NCBI GenBank assembly: GCA_002269645.1
Contig: NIVC01001585.1
Location: 1-64,000 of the forward strand
DNA from: Macrostomum lignano
Lineage: Eukaryota
Direction of reading: 5' to 3'
DNA: 64,000 nucleotides
Shown here: in pieces, positions 59,226 through 64,000 of the stretch
Position numbering within the stretch: position 1 is the stretch's first letter
Layout: every line of letters starts with the position of its first letter
The notes under the pieces: model-generated
What the model saw: only the letters and a program-made list of their open reading frames with translations
Database searches by the model: none
Told to the model about the DNA's origin: nothing
Made by a program: the position numbers and the translations under genes

Positions 59226-62200
59226 ACTTATTTAAGAATAATGTGACTATTTTTTTATATAAAAATCACACTAGGCATAGTTATAGTCCATAGTGCTAAA
59301 TATACACTATACACAATAATTTTTTGCCTTGCACATTAATATGGAAGATTGCCATAAAATTCTAGCAAATACAAAGATCTTTGATATATTTAGCACATTA
59401 TAGCATACTAAACATGGTAATCTGGTCTTTGATGCACATAACATAACTTTCTTGACCAATTTATCAAGAAACTAAGGCATAGAAAGTGCCTTATTTTGCC
59501 TAGTAAGTGCCTAAAAGGCATATAAAGTGCAAAACATATGCATTGAAAAATCCATTTACCATTCATTAAGCAAACTTTTAAATAGAGTTCTACCATAGCT
59601 ATAGATCTCCACTTCCAAATCATAGTCAATTCCCTGAAAAAATGGTCAGCATAAAGTATCTAGTATATGGAACAATCCAATAGAAAATTGCACCATAGGC
59701 TAGAGCTAGCTAGTGTATGGTATAGCTATTGGCATAGGCCCTACAAAAGATCAAAATGTCATAATGCAAGAAAGGTTCTTATATTGCTGCAACACTATAT
59801 ATTTTTATATATAGGCCCCTACTTACTTAGGCCAGGGCTTAGGCTAGGCCTAGTACTAGTACTAGTTGACATATACAAGGCTAGATAGCTGAAGTAGGCC
59901 TATTATACTTTACAATATGACTATATAGGCCTAGGCCTAGCCCCTAGTTATACAGAAAGCAATGACATATTTCAAACCTATTTTTCAAGAGAAAAAAATT
60001 TAGCATATACTTTTTGATAACCTAAACTTAAAGATAAATACTTAATTTAGTTAGGCCTGGTAAAAAAGTAACACCAGACAAGATCTTAAAGACTTAGGCC
60101 TAGGCTAGGCCTAACTGAATAATAACATTGTAAATTTAATGACTTTTGTATTTGTTTGTTTGTAGCTTTAGTTGTAGACGATGACTTTTAGTTCTAGTTT
60201 CGTTCACGAATCATGATTCATCCCAAGTCATAGGAACATGGAACAGTACTAGTTATTAGGCCTAGTAATCAAGTCACAAGATCAGATGGAAGTCACAATG
60301 GACAACAGGTATCATAGTATCCAAATGAGTATGGAAGATACATAGAATAGGCTATGATAATTTATAATTGCACTACCAGCAATCTAATTTCTATCCATGT
60401 CCTATCCATCTTGCCATTTGCCATCTGACTGAGTCTCTGACCAAATTGAAGACTGCCGGGATATGGTTCCTTGTTTGTAAAAAGTGTTCGTGCGTGCACG
60501 TGTGCATGGAAAAGTTTAAACAAATCTTAAGACAATACTCATGCGTAAATGTTTTTAGTAAAAAATCGTTTAAACTTATATTTCAGTCTCATCTTGGAAT
60601 GTAACGTTTTCAACGCAGCATCTACATATACTTTAAAAAATTCCAATCTGGACTTTAAAGTACATGTACTTCAGGTGGACCTCAGTGTACTTCAATATAC
60701 TTCAGTATTTTGTCGTTTACTCAAGGACACTGGAATATTAGTAGTCTAGTCTAGTAGTCCTTGTGTCAACTTTGTGAGTTTATAGCAAGTTCAGGAAGGG
60801 ATGTGGGTCCCACATGTACCTGAATAATTGATTCAAAAATGGCAGTCAAATTCGATCCGGTCATATGCAACATAATTGTAGCTATACCTTACACATGTAC
60901 ACTAATACTATGTTATTCTTGTTAAGCAAATGAGATTCAATTCAACTAGCATTTATTGCTACAATTTATATGGTAGTAGTAGAAAAAAGCAGCCCAGTTC
61001 GTTAACAGCCACTTGGGGATGCTAGTACTACTGCATTTAATTAACTGCATGTATACTTGTATACGTAGTAACTGCAGGTAGTAACTGCATGTATATTTAG
61101 ATATGCTGCAAAAAAGGCAATGAACTGAAAAGGAAAGAAGATTTTGTTGATATATATACTCTCACAACTTGTACAGATACAACATGTACTTCAGAGCCAT
61201 ACAGAAAATTAAATGTATAAGTACTTGTTTACATCGATCAGTTATATTTCGAAATGACCCAATTGGCGCGCAGACAAATGACTCGACTTCCTTTGTATTT
61301 GATATTACCAAATTTAATAGGCTCTCGAAAAAAGGGAAAAGGGAAAAGGGTTTTGAAAAGGGAAAACACGGAAATTGCTTTATCAATGTAGTTTTTCAAC
61401 TTTTGCTGCTATTCTAGCTCCCGGTCATGTGCAACGCAATCCTAGCTACGCACCCCGGCCTCCTCAACCGCGTGCCGTGCTTACGTAAATGCCCCCTCAA
61501 CGTTCACCAAACCAAACCTCCATGTTTTCTTGACAACTCCCGTCATATGGCCACGGACTACTTAAGTAGTCCTACTAGTGGTCCTTGCATATGGCGTGCC
61601 CAACTCTTATTGCACGCATGTACATGAGGCATGTAGCTCTGACAACGCTATTACATGTACCTCGAAATTCCTGTCTTTTACGTTATAAGTGGCTTTTTGA
61701 TTTCTAATATTTTGTCACATGCTCTCTAAAACACGAATTTATGCATAGGCTTAAAAACGAGCATATTAAAAGAAATGTTATTGTATATACATTGTAAGAT
61801 ATAGAGTTCGTTTGCTGCAGAAGCAGAACTCATGAAGATCGAGGTGACGCTTTGATTGTCGATAATACAGAAAAGTACTGCAGGTACATAAAAAGTGTTA
61901 TGCGTACGCTCCTGTAGATAGATATCTACACGCGCCGTTCATTGGTCAAATTGAATATGGGTGCAAGCAATTTTAACCGTTTCTGCGCAATATTGACGTG
62001 AAAAAACTGTAAACTTTCAGTTCTATCTGTACATGCAAATGTATACCTCCACTGATAACGAGGTTGCATTGCTTTGAGGTACAAAAACTGGTCGGGAATG
62101 AAATTGTAAAAATCTAGTCGCTAAGACCAGCAAGAATGTCTAGTCACTGCCTGCAAAGATGCTGCAAAAAAGAAAATACTGTAGGCGTCGATTCTTCCGG

Positions 62201-62339
62201 CAATCACATCGAAAATAGTGAAGAAAAAGACGGCAGCGATGGATCAAAGGTGCAGGTAAAATCTCTAATACTTATACTACTAAGCAAAACCTTTTTATCT
62301 AGCCAACATAAATGACTAGCCTTAAGTCCCGTCTCCACT

Positions 62340-62620
62340 AACACCCACTCCACCATCAACTCCACCAGCAACACCCACTCCACCAGCAACTCCACCAGCA
62401 ACACCCACTCCACCAGCGACACCCACTCCACCAGCAACACACTCCACCAGCAACACCCACTCCACCAGCAACACTCACTCCACCAGCAACTCCACCAGCA
62501 ACACCCACTCCACCAGCAACACCCACTCCACCAGCAACATCCACTCCACCAGCAACATCCACTCCACCAGCAACACCCACTCCACCAGCAACACTCACTC
62601 CACCAGCAACTCCACCAGCA
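62340..62620 (+). repeat. 18-nt minisatellite (CCAGCAACACCCACTCCA)n
   Basis: Read directly; abuts the predicted LINE 5' end. Confidence 0.9.
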
Positions 62621-62733
62621 CTCCTCCCACCGGACTCTACGTCCGGTCTACGACTTTGTCGTAGCTCCTACTTGGCGCCGCGTTTTCGTCGCAGAGGGGA
62701 AACACGCCCAATGGGGGTGTACGAAGAGCGCCA
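62621..62733 (+). ncRNA. Predicted HDV-like self-cleaving ribozyme at the LINE 5' end
   Basis: P1 CTCCTCC/AGAGGGG; P2 TGGCGC/GCGCCA; P3 GCG/CGC; L3 TTTTCGT; P1.1 TT/AA; P4 ACACGCCC/GGGGGTGT; J4/2 contains CGAA. Folded by eye. Confidence 0.65.
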
Positions 62734-64000
62734 TAACTCGGACACCGCGTCCAGCGAGCGTGATTGCACTGAAAGAGGAGCGCGTATCGGTTCTAACACC
62801 GGGGGAGCCAAGTATCCGGCCCGCTACCTCCCCGCTCTTCTGTTGCTCAAGGCCGGCGATGTTGAGACCAACCCGGGGCCTGCTAACAGCTGCGGACACG
62901 TCAGCTGCGGCCGCCCTCTGCGCGGCAAGTTCCTCACCTACGCGAGATGTAACAGCCGCTTCCATCTGCAGAGGGAATGCTCCGGGTTGAGTCGCTGGGC
63001 CGCGAATAAGGCCGCGGACGCCCAGGAATGGCACTGCGCCAATTGCGAGAACGGCCCCACCACCCAGACAGACTCGTCGTCCTCTGACCAACCGTCCACC
63101 CCTATCTTCCAGCCCACGGAGCACACCGCTCGCAGGCAAGCCCTGCTCAACCATATCCGGCAGGAGAAACCTAAATGCAACAATTGTCGGAAACCAATGC
63201 GCGTCAGCTCCACCATCGCCTGCTGCAATGCCTGTGAAGGATTCTTCCATAACGCCTGCATGCAAGCCACGCGCGACCAGATAAAAAAGAAATCAGTCGT
63301 GGGCTTTGGAGATGCGGTCGCTGCACCGAAGCCACCTGCCTCCAATGCCCGCCCTCCCCTGAGGACCCTGACCCTACTCCTGTTGGGGGGAGCCACTCGG
63401 AAGCTGGGTAAGACTGCAAGAAACCCGAGCTCAAAATTATTCAATGGAATGCGGATGGGATCAGCAACAAAATGGGGGAGCTTGAGGACCTTGCATCCCG
63501 GCTTCAGGCCGACGTTATTGCGGTTCAAGAGTCGAAGCTCACCTCCTTCAACAAAACCCCTGCATCCCGGGCTTCAGCACCATCCGCAAGGACCGTAAAA
63601 CCGCCCGCTGCGACCCGAACTTTAAAGGCGGCGGCCTGCTCTTCATTATCCGGCAAGGCATTCCGTTCAATAAACTTCAAGGATGGTCTGGCGGAACCAC
63701 CGAAGGCTGCAGAATTTCGATCAGCAGCTCGGCCAGACAAAAACTTGTCATCTCAAACATCTACCACCCCCCATCCGGCGCGTGGAAGGCGAAGATCACC
63801 GTGAGCACCCCAGTGTCGATTCCTGGCTCAGATGCTTCCACAGGGAAATTCTGCTTGGTGACCTCAACCTCCACCACACTGCCTGGGGCAGCGATCCCAA
63901 TCAAGGACGTGAAGGTGCAGCACAAACTCAGTGCCTGGTCGACTGGTGCAACTCCGTGGACTACCGCATCCTGAACTCAGGGGAACACACTTGTGTTGAC
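62621..64000 (+). mobile_element. 5' part of an Ingi/Vingi-like non-LTR retrotransposon (2A peptide, two PHD fingers, APE endonuclease), disrupted, continues beyond the window
   Basis: LLLLKAGDVETNPGP; two PHD-like Cys/His arrays; LKIIQWNADG...IAVQESKL, GGGLL and LLGDLNLHHTAWG APE motifs in shifted frames. Confidence 0.85.

Noticed and set aside
61555-61580. Perfect 18-bp palindrome GGACTACTTAAGTAGTCC followed by CTAG (possible Helitron 3' end)
   Set aside because: No loop, the spacer to CTAG is only 2 nt, and no matching 5' TC end or second copy is visible.

Overview
Eukaryotic, repeat-rich animal genomic DNA. A flatworm such as Macrostomum is my guess from gene and repeat style; the sequence does not prove it. 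1-17 kb: a tandemly duplicated cluster of four TRAF-like RING/zinc-finger genes with no MATH domain and two PAN/Apple + C-type lectin genes, mixed with RTE fragments and tRNA-derived SINEs. 17-34 kb: mostly mini- and satellites. 34-49 kb: a single-coding-exon peptide GPCR, a mariner relic and a 4-exon NAPE-PLD gene. 51.6-58.1 kb: a hAT transposon with exact 14-bp TIRs and an 8-bp TSD. Its single spliced reading frame appears to fuse a signal peptide and a lamin-tail-like domain to a ZNF862/KIAA1586-type transposase, and it carries a 1.6-kb array of its own subterminal motif. This is the strongest novelty candidate. 62.6 kb to the window end: the 5' end of an Ingi-like LINE with a predicted HDV-like ribozyme, a 2A/StopGo peptide, two PHD fingers and an APE endonuclease. 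All exon structures and RNA folds were derived by eye and need computational or experimental confirmation.
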